Below are positions 19,944 through 29,895 of a stretch of 64,000 nt of DNA, piece after piece. Position numbers and translations under genes: made by a program. The notes under the pieces were generated by a model. It was not told the origin of the DNA. It was given only the letters and a program-made list of their open reading frames with translations, and ran no database searches. Source of the stretch: Candidatus Bathyarchaeia archaeon (GTDB taxonomy: Archaea > Thermoproteota > Bathyarchaeia > Bathyarchaeales > Bathycorpusculaceae); the NCBI GenBank assembly GCA_038883655.1, contig JAVZLQ010000003.1, positions 160,001-224,000 on the forward strand. Reading direction: 5' to 3'. The first letter of the stretch is position 1; the number at the start of each line of letters is the position of its first letter.

Positions 19944-20144
19944 ATGGTTAGTGAAGGAAAGGGCAGACTGTTCAGAAGAAAGGATGGAAAATACTTAATT
20001 TACATACCGAAAGACTTGGCGGAGGACAGCATGTTTCCATTTAAAGGCGCAGACTCTGTGTTCGTGAAAGTCAGCTTCAAGGTTGGCGGAGAAGAAAAAC
20101 TCATCATAGAACGATGGAAAGAACCACCACCACAAAAGCAATAG
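19944..20144 (+). CDS. Small AbrB/MazE-like (swapped-hairpin) protein
   Basis: 66 aa, KYLIYIPKDLAED..FPFK...V.V pattern; GAGGTGG RBS. Confidence 0.6.
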   Translation: MVSEGKGRLFRRKDGKYLIYIPKDLAEDSMFPFKGADSVFVKVSFKVGGEEKLIIERWKEPPPQKQ

Positions 20145-20249
20145 CCTATTTTCCATCCTTTGAAGTTTCGCTATTCCAATAACCCTATTTTTAATCACGA
20201 AAATTATAAGCACGGAAATGATTCTAGATATAGAAAAGGCGAAGAGCAG

Positions 20250-20885
20250 ATGAGCTCGTTAAAAGTTATCTTAGAAGAAATACGCAAAGAACTGAAGGAG
20301 AAGGAGAAAATTCGAGAAAACATCCAAAACGACATGCGGAAGGCAACAAGCCTTTCAAAACAGGCAATACTCTTGATACATCAAAAAAGGCTAAAGGACG
20401 CGGAGAAACTCATTAAAAAAGCAAAAGAAATCATTCTGGAGCTTAACAACGCTTCCGCCGCCCACCCAGAAATCATTTATAGTGGACTGTATGACGCGGC
20501 GCTTCAAGAGTATTCTGAAGCAAACATATTCCTAAAACTAATAGAGGAAGAGCGCTTTGTAACGCCAAAGGAGATTAGCGTGCCATCCGTGGATTATGTT
20601 CTTGGATTAGCGGACGTTATAGGAGAGTATAGGCGTTTGGCACTCGATGCATTGCGAGAAGGTGATGTGCGAAAAAGTGAAAAATACCTAAAGATAATGG
20701 ACGAAATTTACATCGAACTTATGGGCATGAACGAAGCGTACATGCTTGTTCCAGGGTTACGAAGAAAATGCGACACTGCAAGAAAAATTATTGAGACTAC
20801 GCGAGGCGACGTAACCCAAGAGATTAGGAGAAGCACGCTTGAAAAGTATCTTAAGGGTTTAGAGCACCATTTGAGGAAAAATTAA
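20250..20885 (+). CDS. Translin/TRAX family protein (C3PO-like RNA endonuclease)
   Basis: LQEYSEA, YVLGLADVIGEYRR, LRRKCD motifs with acidic catalytic residues retained. Confidence 0.85.
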   Translation: MSSLKVILEEIRKELKEKEKIRENIQNDMRKATSLSKQAILLIHQKRLKDAEKLIKKAKEIILELNNASAAHPEIIYSGLYDAALQEYSEANIFLKLIEEERFVTPKEISVPSVDYVLGLADVIGEYRRLALDALREGDVRKSEKYLKIMDEIYIELMGMNEAYMLVPGLRRKCDTARKIIETTRGDVTQEIRRSTLEKYLKGLEHHLRKN

Positions 20886-20889
20886 AATT

Positions 20890-21564
20890 ATGAAAGGGAT
20901 TCCTAGAAATTTTTCTGTTGAAAAGGCTCATGAAACGCAGGTTTGTCTATCAGGAAGGATAATTTTTGAGGATAAATTGCCGAGGAAAATATGTTATGTC
21001 GCTGGAGTTGACGTGGCGTATGCGAAGAATTTATCGGTAGGCGCCGTGGCAGTGTTGGATTACGACACGCTTAGGCTTTTAGAGTGTAAAACCGCCGTTT
21101 GCGAGACGCGCTTTCCATACGTTCCAACACTCTTGTCTTTTAGAGAAGTTCCGCCAGCAATATTAAGCATAAAAAAGTTGCGAACAAAGCCAGACGTGTT
21201 CCTTGTTGATGGGCACGGTTTTGCCCATCCCTACTACTGTGGTTTCGCAAGTCACTTGGGGCTAGTTTTGGGAAAGCCAACGATAGGCGTGGCAAAAAAT
21301 CGGCTATTCGGAGAGGAAAAACGTGTTTATGGCGAACCATTCGCCTTTCTGAAACATAATGGTAAAGTTATTGGCGCCGCGGTTGTAACAAAGAGTGGGT
21401 GTAAACCCATTTATGTTAGCGTAGGACACATGGTTTCTTTGGAAACCGCGATTAAAATTGTTCAACACTGCGCTGTGAGTGATAGGATTCCAGAGCCAAT
21501 CTTGAAGGCGCACGAAGCGGCAACCACGGAAAAACGAAAAATCAATATACGTAGCGGTTCTTAA
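20890..21564 (+). CDS. nfi: Endonuclease V
   Basis: AGVDVAY, FPYVPTLLSFRE, VDGHG.AHP, PTIGVAK, YVSVGH, RIPEP. Confidence 0.93.
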   Translation: MKGIPRNFSVEKAHETQVCLSGRIIFEDKLPRKICYVAGVDVAYAKNLSVGAVAVLDYDTLRLLECKTAVCETRFPYVPTLLSFREVPPAILSIKKLRTKPDVFLVDGHGFAHPYYCGFASHLGLVLGKPTIGVAKNRLFGEEKRVYGEPFAFLKHNGKVIGAAVVTKSGCKPIYVSVGHMVSLETAIKIVQHCAVSDRIPEPILKAHEAATTEKRKINIRSGS

Positions 21565-21573
21565 AAGTGATAA

Positions 21574-22305
21574 GTGAGAAAGTTGCTTGATCCGAAAATT
21601 AAGGCGGTAGCCAATAAAATTCGCGACGAAAAACTGCGAAAAAAGATTATGGAGTTCTTGGAAAATCCAACATTCGAAGTTGGCGGGAAAACCTATACGG
21701 GCATACCTCTCGATGTTTCGCCTGCTGGTTTGTCGCATCACCACTGTTATGCTGGGGGCTACGTCGAGCATGTTGTTTCAACAGCAAAAATAGCGCTCAC
21801 AATATGCGACTGTGTGAAAAAAGTATATCATGGAAAAGTAAACCGCGACTTTGTTTTGGCTGGAGTTCTGCTTCATGACATTTTCAAACCATTAACATAT
21901 GCGGTAAAGGAGAATGGAAGCTACGCTACAACAAGCTTAGCAGATTATATGGATCACTTGTCAATGGTGATAGCCGAACTTGTCAGAAGAAAGTTTCCAA
22001 TAGAGGTAATCCACACAGTTTCGGCTCACCACGGCGAGTATGGACCAATCAGACCGCACACAATAGAAGCGTTAATCTGCCATCTAGCAGATTTAATTGA
22101 CTCACGTTTAAACGGAGAAGTGTTAAACGCTGCAGCTTACTTAGCGAGAAAAGCCGTCGGCGAAGAACTAGCGGGACTGACAGCTAAAGAGGCTTTTGAA
22201 ATAGTTCATTCAAAGGCGACCGAAGGTTGGGATGGCGTAGCAAAAACCGTAGAAAAAATAAAGCGTAAGAGAAAAGTCGCAAAACTTAATAGCACACAGC
22301 ATTGA
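21574..22305 (+). CDS. HD-domain protein (YhaM/Cbf1-like 3'-5' exonuclease HD domain)
   Basis: SPAG..HHHCY.GGY.EH, LLHDIFK, SAHHGEYG, EA.I.HLAD.IDS. Confidence 0.82.
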   Translation: MRKLLDPKIKAVANKIRDEKLRKKIMEFLENPTFEVGGKTYTGIPLDVSPAGLSHHHCYAGGYVEHVVSTAKIALTICDCVKKVYHGKVNRDFVLAGVLLHDIFKPLTYAVKENGSYATTSLADYMDHLSMVIAELVRRKFPIEVIHTVSAHHGEYGPIRPHTIEALICHLADLIDSRLNGEVLNAAAYLARKAVGEELAGLTAKEAFEIVHSKATEGWDGVAKTVEKIKRKRKVAKLNSTQH

Positions 22306-22324
22306 AAAGTGTGGAAAAGGAAGG

Positions 22325-22660
22325 GTGAATGAAATGGAAATATCGTTCGAGGAATTCCAAAAGTTGGATATGCGTGTTGGAAAAATTTTGGAGGCAAACC
22401 AAATTCCAGGCTCACGAAACTTGATTAGGATGACTGTTGACTTTGGAACAGAAAAGCGCCAAGCAGTTGCGGGTTTACTGCAATGGTACAAGCCCCAAGA
22501 CCTTGTCGGCAAAAAATGTGCTTTCATACTGAACCTTCAAAGAAGGAAGTTTATGGGCGTGGAGTCGCAGTGCATGATTTTGGCTGCAGAAGACGAGAAG
22601 GGCAATGTTGTGGTGCTTCAACCAGAGAAGGATATTGTGGAAGGAAGCAAAATCCATTAG
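22325..22660 (+). CDS. tRNA-binding OB-fold protein (Trbp111/CsaA, MetRS C-terminal-like)
   Basis: ISFEEFQKLDMRVG.I, VDFG.EKRQ.VAGL, NL..RKFMGVESQ.MILAA. Confidence 0.88.
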   Translation: MNEMEISFEEFQKLDMRVGKILEANQIPGSRNLIRMTVDFGTEKRQAVAGLLQWYKPQDLVGKKCAFILNLQRRKFMGVESQCMILAAEDEKGNVVVLQPEKDIVEGSKIH

Positions 22661-22751
22661 AATTAGACTTCGAATAAACTTCTAACTCAATAATTGTTAA
22701 ATACAACAGTACAGCAAAATAATGAGTCGTTTGCAAAAAGGATGGATGAAT

Positions 22752-25130
22752 ATGAAAGAGAAACTAAGCAAAAAGATTGTAGGCCTTTTGATTGCTGCAA
22801 CACTTTTAGTGACTTTTATGCCAAACATAGTATATGCATCAAGCGGGCTCACTCTAGAAAAGAATCAAGAATGGCTTACAGGAGACGATAGTTATTCATT
22901 GGCAAATGCTGCAGGAGACATCGACGAAGACGGAGTAACGGAAATCGTTACAGCGGGATACTTCTATAACTCCACAACTGGCATTTATTTGGGTGAAGTA
23001 AATGTGTGGAATTGGAATGGCACACATATAATAGAAGAGTGGAAGGAAATTGTCGACCCATCCTACACTTGGTCCACCGACACCCGCTTTTATGCTGTAG
23101 CGTTAGGAAACGTTGACAACGAAACAGGTGTAGAAATCGTAGCAGCCGGGTACGGAAAATTCCTAAACTTCATTGAACAAGGATTACTAGTTGTTTTAAT
23201 CTGGAATGGAACATCGATGGAAAGGAAGACTGGTTGGTACTGGCCTTTTGAGGCTAATGAAACAAAGTTTTTTGATGTGACAATAGGCGACGTGGACAGA
23301 GACAACACGACAGAGATAATTGCCGTGGGCTACAGGAACACCACGTCACTTTATGGAACAGGATTTCATGGAGCAATAACAATATGGAATATTACCGACG
23401 CAAAATTGACGCTTGAAACAAGCCAAGAGTGGCTCATTGGTGGAGGCACAGAAGGGCATTCGGTGGCGGTTGACGATGTAGACGAGGACGGAGATATTGA
23501 AATAATTGTTACAGGATACTTCTATGATGACATACTTGGGCATGATTGCGCGATGCTCAGAATATGTACTTGGAATGGTTCAATTTTTATTTGGGAGGCA
23601 AGCACCAAATGGTACACGTATTTAGAGACTTACTCGGTTGACGTCGCAATAGGAGATCTAGATTCTGATGGAAGGAAGGAAATTGTTACAATTGGAAGAC
23701 AATTTAACGGAGAAAACTACTATGCGCAACTAAGAATATGGTCGTGGGATGGAACTCTCCTAACATTGAAGTTGAGCGTGGAGGGCGGTCTGGTAGGACC
23801 TTTTACGAGTACATCAGGCAAAGCAGTAGCAATACATGATGTAGATAAGGATGGCAAAAAAGAGATAATTGCCGGCTTGGATGTGGCAATACTTTTCGGC
23901 TCCACGCCTATTATCACAATTTTCTCGTGGAACGGAAACACTTTGACCACAAAAGACGCAGCAAATTGGAGAGAAGCGTCAAACATCGAAGATGTCACTT
24001 GCGCCGATGTGGACGCTGATGGAAACATCGAAGTACTAACCGCTGGTTACAAATGGCAATTTATGGTTGTTACAGAAAAATCCGAATTAGCAATATGGAG
24101 TGTAAGTAAAGTTGCGAGTGCCCTAACCGTGAATGTAAGCCCGTCAAGCATTGTTATAGGCAGTCAAGTGACAATAAGTGGCAGATTAACAAACGAGGCG
24201 GGTGACACGCCAATACCAAACGCTGAAGTAACAATAGAATTTTCACGTGAACCCCTACCAGTTCTAGTAACGATAGGCAAAGTTATAACAAATGAAAATG
24301 GAGAATACACGTTCACTTGGATTCCACAAGCAGCTGGAAACTACATGATCCGCGTAAGCTGGAAAGGCGACTACGAACATGAGGCTGCAGCCGCAACAAC
24401 CCCATTGACCGTTGAAAAGGCTTCAAGTATGATAACCCTAACACTTTCAAGTTACACAGCAACAGTCGGGGACAGCATAAGCGTAAGTGGCACATTATAT
24501 CCAGCCAAACCAGCGGCAATAACCCTCAAATACACAAAGCCAGACAGCTCAATAAGCACAAAAACTGTTTACTCAAACCAGGCGGGAGTTTTCACAGACA
24601 CGTTCACAGCAGATCAAGCTGGACAATGGCAAATAACAGCAAGCTGGAGCGGAGACGACACCTACAAGGCGGCAGAAAGCGCACCAGCACCATTAACAGT
24701 GATAAAAATACAAAGCACACTGTCTATAACAGCCTCACAGTTAACGGTTAACTTAGGCGAAAACATAACAATAAACGGAGCATTAACGCCGGGACAAGCT
24801 GCAAACATAACCTTAACATACACCATGCCAAATGGCACAATCACCACAAAAACTGTACCATCAAACACTACTGGAGCCTTCATAGATACGATTAGGCTTG
24901 ATAAAGCGGGAACATGGCAAGTGAAGGCAAAATGGACAGGTGACGCCCAACATACTGCGGCTGAAAGCACACTAATAACGCTAACAGCCCAAGCCGTTGA
25001 TACTACAACGCCCATGTTCGCTTTAGGCGGTTTAGGACTTGGAATAATAGCACTAATTTTGGCGGCGATAGCGCTCCTCATGTCTTCCAGAAAACCAAAA
25101 GCGGCGCCACCAACGCAGCCCTCGCAATAA
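22752..25130 (+). CDS. Cell-surface protein: seven FG-GAP/VCBS-like repeats + three Ig-like domains + C-terminal TM
   Basis: Signal peptide; 7x (G)DxDxDG..EI motifs; 3x ~95-aa repeats ending W.GD....AA; TM GGLGLGIIALILAAIALLM then SSRKPK. Confidence 0.82.
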   Translation: MKEKLSKKIVGLLIAATLLVTFMPNIVYASSGLTLEKNQEWLTGDDSYSLANAAGDIDEDGVTEIVTAGYFYNSTTGIYLGEVNVWNWNGTHIIEEWKEIVDPSYTWSTDTRFYAVALGNVDNETGVEIVAAGYGKFLNFIEQGLLVVLIWNGTSMERKTGWYWPFEANETKFFDVTIGDVDRDNTTEIIAVGYRNTTSLYGTGFHGAITIWNITDAKLTLETSQEWLIGGGTEGHSVAVDDVDEDGDIEIIVTGYFYDDILGHDCAMLRICTWNGSIFIWEASTKWYTYLETYSVDVAIGDLDSDGRKEIVTIGRQFNGENYYAQLRIWSWDGTLLTLKLSVEGGLVGPFTSTSGKAVAIHDVDKDGKKEIIAGLDVAILFGSTPIITIFSWNGNTLTTKDAANWREASNIEDVTCADVDADGNIEVLTAGYKWQFMVVTEKSELAIWSVSKVASALTVNVSPSSIVIGSQVTISGRLTNEAGDTPIPNAEVTIEFSREPLPVLVTIGKVITNENGEYTFTWIPQAAGNYMIRVSWKGDYEHEAAAATTPLTVEKASSMITLTLSSYTATVGDSISVSGTLYPAKPAAITLKYTKPDSSISTKTVYSNQAGVFTDTFTADQAGQWQITASWSGDDTYKAAESAPAPLTVIKIQSTLSITASQLTVNLGENITINGALTPGQAANITLTYTMPNGTITTKTVPSNTTGAFIDTIRLDKAGTWQVKAKWTGDAQHTAAESTLITLTAQAVDTTTPMFALGGLGLGIIALILAAIALLMSSRKPKAAPPTQPSQ

Positions 25131-25168
25131 TAACAAAAGCTGAAAATTCAACTTTTCCCTTTTTCTGT

Positions 25169-26428
25169 TTAACCTACAAGTTTAGTAATGGCATCCGCCT
25201 TTTTCCTATCTTCTGCCAGATACTCAATCATTTCAGCATCCAAATCAAGCCATTTTGTAAGCCCAGCAGCCATGTTAACATTATTCTTGAATATTATCTT
25301 GAGGTAGGGAATTATCTCCTTTGATGCCCTATTTGCGGATATGTGGCATTTCCGCTTAATCTTTTGCCCAATGCTTAGTTGCATCGCACGCTCAGCTTTG
25401 GACCTAGACAACATCTGTATGCGCGTTGGGAATTTGAATGGAATGAATCCACGAGTCTTCGTGTTTTGTCTAGCCATCGCGACACCAGCGGTCATGAAAT
25501 CGATAACATAACGTGTGAAACTCCAATCTTGTGTGGAGCGTATTCTCCCCCTATAAACGTCCGCCATGGAAAGCGCGTCCATAGCCCTTGCCAAATCATG
25601 AGGGTCGGTTAAGTGTGCTGGAACATTCTCATAAATCCATTCAAAAAGCATATCGATGTCAGCATCAGCCATGTCAACCGCTTGCTTTGCACCACTACAA
25701 GTGCGCGCATAAATTATCATCCTTAAAACGTTAAAAATAGTGTCTTGCCTATCCCTATAACCAAGCCAAGAAACATCATTATATGTCAGTCTCTTCTTAC
25801 CTTGAGCCAATGCTTGAAGGTCATTAACCGCCGAGCGAACATCACCTTCTGAACGCTGCGCAATAAACTTTAAAGCATCATCGTCAGCTTGTATTCCCTC
25901 GCGGATGCATATACGCTTCAAATGCTTCATGACTTCGCTTGCTGGAGGCTTCTTAAACTCTATTAGTAGGCAGTAGTTGCGGAGATTGGCAAACCTCGGG
26001 TCATAAGCGTTGTTTGCAATCAAAACTATTGGACATTGGGCAGTTTTAACAATGTCTGTTATGGCTTTAACTCCGCCCTTGTCGGCTGTTCCCGTGATCC
26101 CGTCAAGCTCATCTAAAAGTATAATTCTTTTGCCGCCGAAAAGCGAACCGTACTGCGAAGCTAAACCAGCAAAACGATTAATCGCCTCTTCAGTCCTATA
26201 GTCGCTTGCGTTTTTCTCAACAAGCTCCATCTTAAAATCAGCGGCAAGAGCCTCAACAGTAACGGTTTTTCCAACACCAGGAGGACCAAAAATGAAGACT
26301 GCACGCTTTTTGGGTGCACCTTTCTCCCATGATTTTATCCATTCAACAAACGCTTGAATAGCTTCTTTATTTCCAACGATTTCATCTAGGGATTTTGGCT
26401 TGTGCTTAACGGTCCAAGCAGCGTACAA
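25169..26428 (-). CDS. rfcL: Replication factor C large subunit
   Basis: WTVKHKPK, GPPGVGKT, E.NASD.R, LLDELDG, GDVRSAVNDLQ. Confidence 0.94.
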   Translation of the reverse strand: MYAAWTVKHKPKSLDEIVGNKEAIQAFVEWIKSWEKGAPKKRAVFIFGPPGVGKTVTVEALAADFKMELVEKNASDYRTEEAINRFAGLASQYGSLFGGKRIILLDELDGITGTADKGGVKAITDIVKTAQCPIVLIANNAYDPRFANLRNYCLLIEFKKPPASEVMKHLKRICIREGIQADDDALKFIAQRSEGDVRSAVNDLQALAQGKKRLTYNDVSWLGYRDRQDTIFNVLRMIIYARTCSGAKQAVDMADADIDMLFEWIYENVPAHLTDPHDLARAMDALSMADVYRGRIRSTQDWSFTRYVIDFMTAGVAMARQNTKTRGFIPFKFPTRIQMLSRSKAERAMQLSIGQKIKRKCHISANRASKEIIPYLKIIFKNNVNMAAGLTKWLDLDAEMIEYLAEDRKKADAITKLVG

Positions 26429-26439
26429 GCGCTTTGCAC

Positions 26440-27420
26440 CTAACTTGCTTTTTTAATTTCGTAACCTGCTTCCACAAGCCTCGCCAACAAAGCACTTAGC
26501 TGGACCTCTTCATCTGCGCCCTCAACAAGCCTATAATCTATATCACCAACGATGTCAGCCAACTTTATTTTCCAAGGTTCTGGAATATCTGCTCTAAAAA
26601 TTTCAGTGTGAATTTGCCTAATTATGTCGCTTCCAGCCACACCATACTTTTGAATCATGTCGCGCAGTTGTTTCCTAGCTTCTAAAAAGTCGCCATTAAT
26701 CGCTGTTTCTATCATTTTTTGCACGTCTGCTGGGTGAGCCCTACCAGCAATGGAATAAACAACCTTCGCGTCTACGGGCTTATTAAGCGAGGCGGCCGCT
26801 TGAAGCGTGTTGATAGCCTTTCGCAAATCTCCACCACAAACCTCAAAAATCGCGTCCAACCCATCCTTCAAGAGTTTGACGCCCTCATTTTCCGCTATAT
26901 GTTTAAGGTATTTGTCATGCTCTTCCCTTGGCAGAAATGTGAAACGGAATGGGGCGCAACGTGACTGTATTGGTTCGATTATTTTTCCGCTGTAGTTGGC
27001 GCATAAAATGAAACGGCATGTTTCAGTGTACCGCTCCATAGTTCGCCTCAAGGCTTGTTGTGCATCAGCAGTCATGTTGTCCGCTTCATCCAAAATCATA
27101 AGTTTAAATGGTATCTCGCCGATAGATCGCACACGAGCAAACGTTTTAACTGTTTCCCTAACAACGTCTATGCCCCTCTCGTCACTCGCGTTTAATTCCA
27201 TGATGTGTTCACGATAGGCTTCGCCATACAAGTCCCTAGCCAAACAAAGCGCAGCAGTCGTCTTTCCAGTACCAGGCGGTCCAGCGAAGATGCAGTGCGG
27301 CACATTTTTGGATTTAACGAAGCTTTTTAACCGCTCAACTATCTCCTTTTGATTAACCATCTCATCCAACGTTTTTGGTCTGTACTTCTCAGCCCACATT
27401 TCAAAACTCAAAGTTTCCAC
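26440..27420 (-). CDS. rfcS: Replication factor C small subunit
   Basis: WAEKYRP, GPPGTGKT, ELNASDERGI, LDEAD, IQSRC, GDLRKAIN; no intein. Confidence 0.96.
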   Translation of the reverse strand: METLSFEMWAEKYRPKTLDEMVNQKEIVERLKSFVKSKNVPHCIFAGPPGTGKTTAALCLARDLYGEAYREHIMELNASDERGIDVVRETVKTFARVRSIGEIPFKLMILDEADNMTADAQQALRRTMERYTETCRFILCANYSGKIIEPIQSRCAPFRFTFLPREEHDKYLKHIAENEGVKLLKDGLDAIFEVCGGDLRKAINTLQAAASLNKPVDAKVVYSIAGRAHPADVQKMIETAINGDFLEARKQLRDMIQKYGVAGSDIIRQIHTEIFRADIPEPWKIKLADIVGDIDYRLVEGADEEVQLSALLARLVEAGYEIKKAS

Positions 27421-27474
27421 TCCTCTCCAAACATATTTGACGGAATTGTTAATAAATTTATCAAAAAGGCGCGG

Positions 27475-27836
27475 TTACGTGGATACCACGATTTTGTCGA
27501 CGATTAGCGAAGGACACACTATATTACCAAATGTTTTCGGGTCGCCTCCAACAGTAATAACATTATTCAAAGCTTCATATAAGTTTCCAGCAACAGTGCA
27601 TGGCTTAATCGGATAGGCAACTTTCCATTTTCTATTTTGAACGCATTGTCAGCGGTTACTGAAAAATCACCAGTTACAGCATTTGAGTGAAAAGCGCCAA
27701 TAAGTGAACCTTTTACCAACACGCCATCTTTCAGTTCGCCTATCAAGTCTTCTCCTTTTGCCTCGGCAAAATATGCACCCATTTTTAAAGCATATTGCAT
27801 CGCTTTATCCATTAAGTCTTCTATCTGCGAACCCAT
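27475..27836 (-). pseudogene. TldD/PmbA remnant: N-terminal ~30 aa fused to a PmbA-type C-terminus, plus a frameshift
   Basis: MGSQIEDLMDKAMQYALKMGAYFAEAKGEDL joins directly to IGELKDGVLV...HSNAVTGDFS...FKIENGK; a second frame continues VAYPIKPCTVAGNLYEALNNV...CPSLIVDKIVVST-stop at 27475. Confidence 0.8.
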
Positions 27837-27913
27837 GGCGGTCAACTTAAGCACTAAATATTTTGTACATGGATTTAAAGCTTAATAAAAGTAAGGGTTT
27901 TCACTTTTTGAAT

Positions 27914-29854
27914 TTATTTTTCTTCCTTTTCAAGAAAGCCCGTCAAGAATATGGCGTATTCGCATGGATGCTCATTTTGAAGCAGAGATTTTATTATTTT
28001 TATTTTCCCTTTTTTGCCGTGACTAACCCTGGAAATAATGTATTCTAGTGTTTTCTTTCGAAGCCCGCATAGCCATGTTTTCTGGCTGGTTTTGACCAGT
28101 TTGTAGTAGGGACAGCTTTTATATTTTAGGGTAAAGCCGCCTTCAAAATATTCTATTTCAACCTCTATACCAAGTTCGCGGTACATATCAATGATTCTTT
28201 CACCAACATCTTTGATGGTCCACGGGTAGTCTTCTGGAAAAAGTGCATCCAACTGCTCTTTTTCAATGGCGAAAGCTTCTTCGATTGAGTTGCATGACAT
28301 GCCTTCAATGAGTACTTGCATGAGCTTCTTACGAGGTAATGGCTCCAGAACTGGTTTTTCTAAAAGCTTCAGTTTAAAGCTTAGTAGGTTCTGGAATGTT
28401 GCTGTTGAAACTTCGTAGCCTAATTCCTTAAACATGGATTCTATTAGGATGCGTTGGCTGTTCATTACGAGGGGGTCTATCCGCTTAAAAATGATGGTGA
28501 AATGCTCGTCGTCAACAAACCTTACTTCAGCGTCGGACTGCGTCACACTAATGCTTTTGATGATAAAGTTTTTGGAAAGTCTACCAATTTTTTCCTGATC
28601 TCCCCTGGCAAGCATGCGGATGGCGTTAGAGATGCGAATTCCTGTTGCGCGATATATTTCTTCAAATTTCTGTCTATCGCTTTCGTATACTTTTGCTGCG
28701 AAGGAGTTGAAGAGATCGCGGGGGATTGGAACAACGTCTAGGAATTGTTTTCCTATTATTTGAAAGAGGTTGAGTTCGGCTAGCTGGTCTAAAACACTTT
28801 GGTCTTCCGCACCCACATATTTTATTGTCATGTTCACGTTTGCATGTTCAATTGAATATTGTAAAAGTTTCCACCCACGTGTTGCCAAAATTATTGAAAA
28901 TACGGTTACGGCTAGGCGGGCTATCTGGACGGTTGTGACTTGAAAAACTAGTTCTAGCATGTTTTCTTCTTTTTCTGTTAAAACTTTGACTTGCCTAAAC
29001 CAGTTCATTTTTATAAAGGCTGAAAGGATAGCTTTCACGAAGTCTTTTGGCTCTCTTGGAAATTCGCTGATGCCAAGAACAGTTCTAGCATCCTCTATGA
29101 AGTTACCCAAGTCTGTTACTGGTTCTTCCAAATGTTTCTCAGCCCAGCTCATAAAGGCTGGTCCAACAAGCATCAGCGTGTTTTTAAATAACCCAGGAGT
29201 AACGTTTGCCAGTTCTTTTTCAATCTGCTGTTCTAGAAAATCGCCGAATTCTTTTCTCCTTAATGTGTAAATTTCGGGGCGAATCATCTTTATGACTATG
29301 TCCTCGCCCATGATTCGTAAGTCAAAATTTACGCCTATGCCCTCCAATATCGTAGCAACTTGAAAGGCAACCATTACGGGTAAACGTTTGAAGACCTTAG
29401 GTCTTAGCACTGCTATGCTGTCGATTTCACTGTATGATGGAATGTCAAAAAGGTTTGTAAGCCCTTTTATCTCTTCTATGACCAGTAGAAACTCTTTAAA
29501 GGTCGATGGCACTTTCCATGCAACGGAACTTTTAAGTATCTCAATTATGTTCTTTGCCTCTGCTTTTTGTTCCCTAATTAGGTCTTCAATTGTTTTGTTT
29601 CCTAGGGCAACTTCTAGGAGGCTGTCAAGGCTCTTCCTACTAATTGATGTTAAGTCAAGCGCCTCTCTCAGTTTAGTTTGCTCATTAATTTTTGCTTTTA
29701 TTGTGCAGTCTTCGCAAGAGCCAACTTTATCCACCCTAAGCAGAGTCTCTACAGCTTTCTCGAGAACGCGGCTTTTCGTGCCGTATGTTTTTGCTAGTTC
29801 TTCAAGCATCTCGTTTGTTTTTCTGGTTATTGTTGTGTGAAGATGCACGGACAT
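27914..29854 (-). CDS. Putative transcriptional regulator: N-terminal ribbon-helix-helix + CxxC + several V4R/MetOD-like domains
   Basis: HLHTTITRKTNEMLEELAKTYGTKSRVLEKAV (beta-strand + two helices), CEDC, C-terminal FTLKYKSCPY...LC...KSLL....PCEY V4R-like Cys pattern. Confidence 0.6.
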   Translation of the reverse strand: MSVHLHTTITRKTNEMLEELAKTYGTKSRVLEKAVETLLRVDKVGSCEDCTIKAKINEQTKLREALDLTSISRKSLDSLLEVALGNKTIEDLIREQKAEAKNIIEILKSSVAWKVPSTFKEFLLVIEEIKGLTNLFDIPSYSEIDSIAVLRPKVFKRLPVMVAFQVATILEGIGVNFDLRIMGEDIVIKMIRPEIYTLRRKEFGDFLEQQIEKELANVTPGLFKNTLMLVGPAFMSWAEKHLEEPVTDLGNFIEDARTVLGISEFPREPKDFVKAILSAFIKMNWFRQVKVLTEKEENMLELVFQVTTVQIARLAVTVFSIILATRGWKLLQYSIEHANVNMTIKYVGAEDQSVLDQLAELNLFQIIGKQFLDVVPIPRDLFNSFAAKVYESDRQKFEEIYRATGIRISNAIRMLARGDQEKIGRLSKNFIIKSISVTQSDAEVRFVDDEHFTIIFKRIDPLVMNSQRILIESMFKELGYEVSTATFQNLLSFKLKLLEKPVLEPLPRKKLMQVLIEGMSCNSIEEAFAIEKEQLDALFPEDYPWTIKDVGERIIDMYRELGIEVEIEYFEGGFTLKYKSCPYYKLVKTSQKTWLCGLRKKTLEYIISRVSHGKKGKIKIIKSLLQNEHPCEYAIFLTGFLEKEEK

Positions 29855-29895
29855 GACGCTTCACAGGTTATCTTTTGGGTTGGTTGCTTTTAAAC

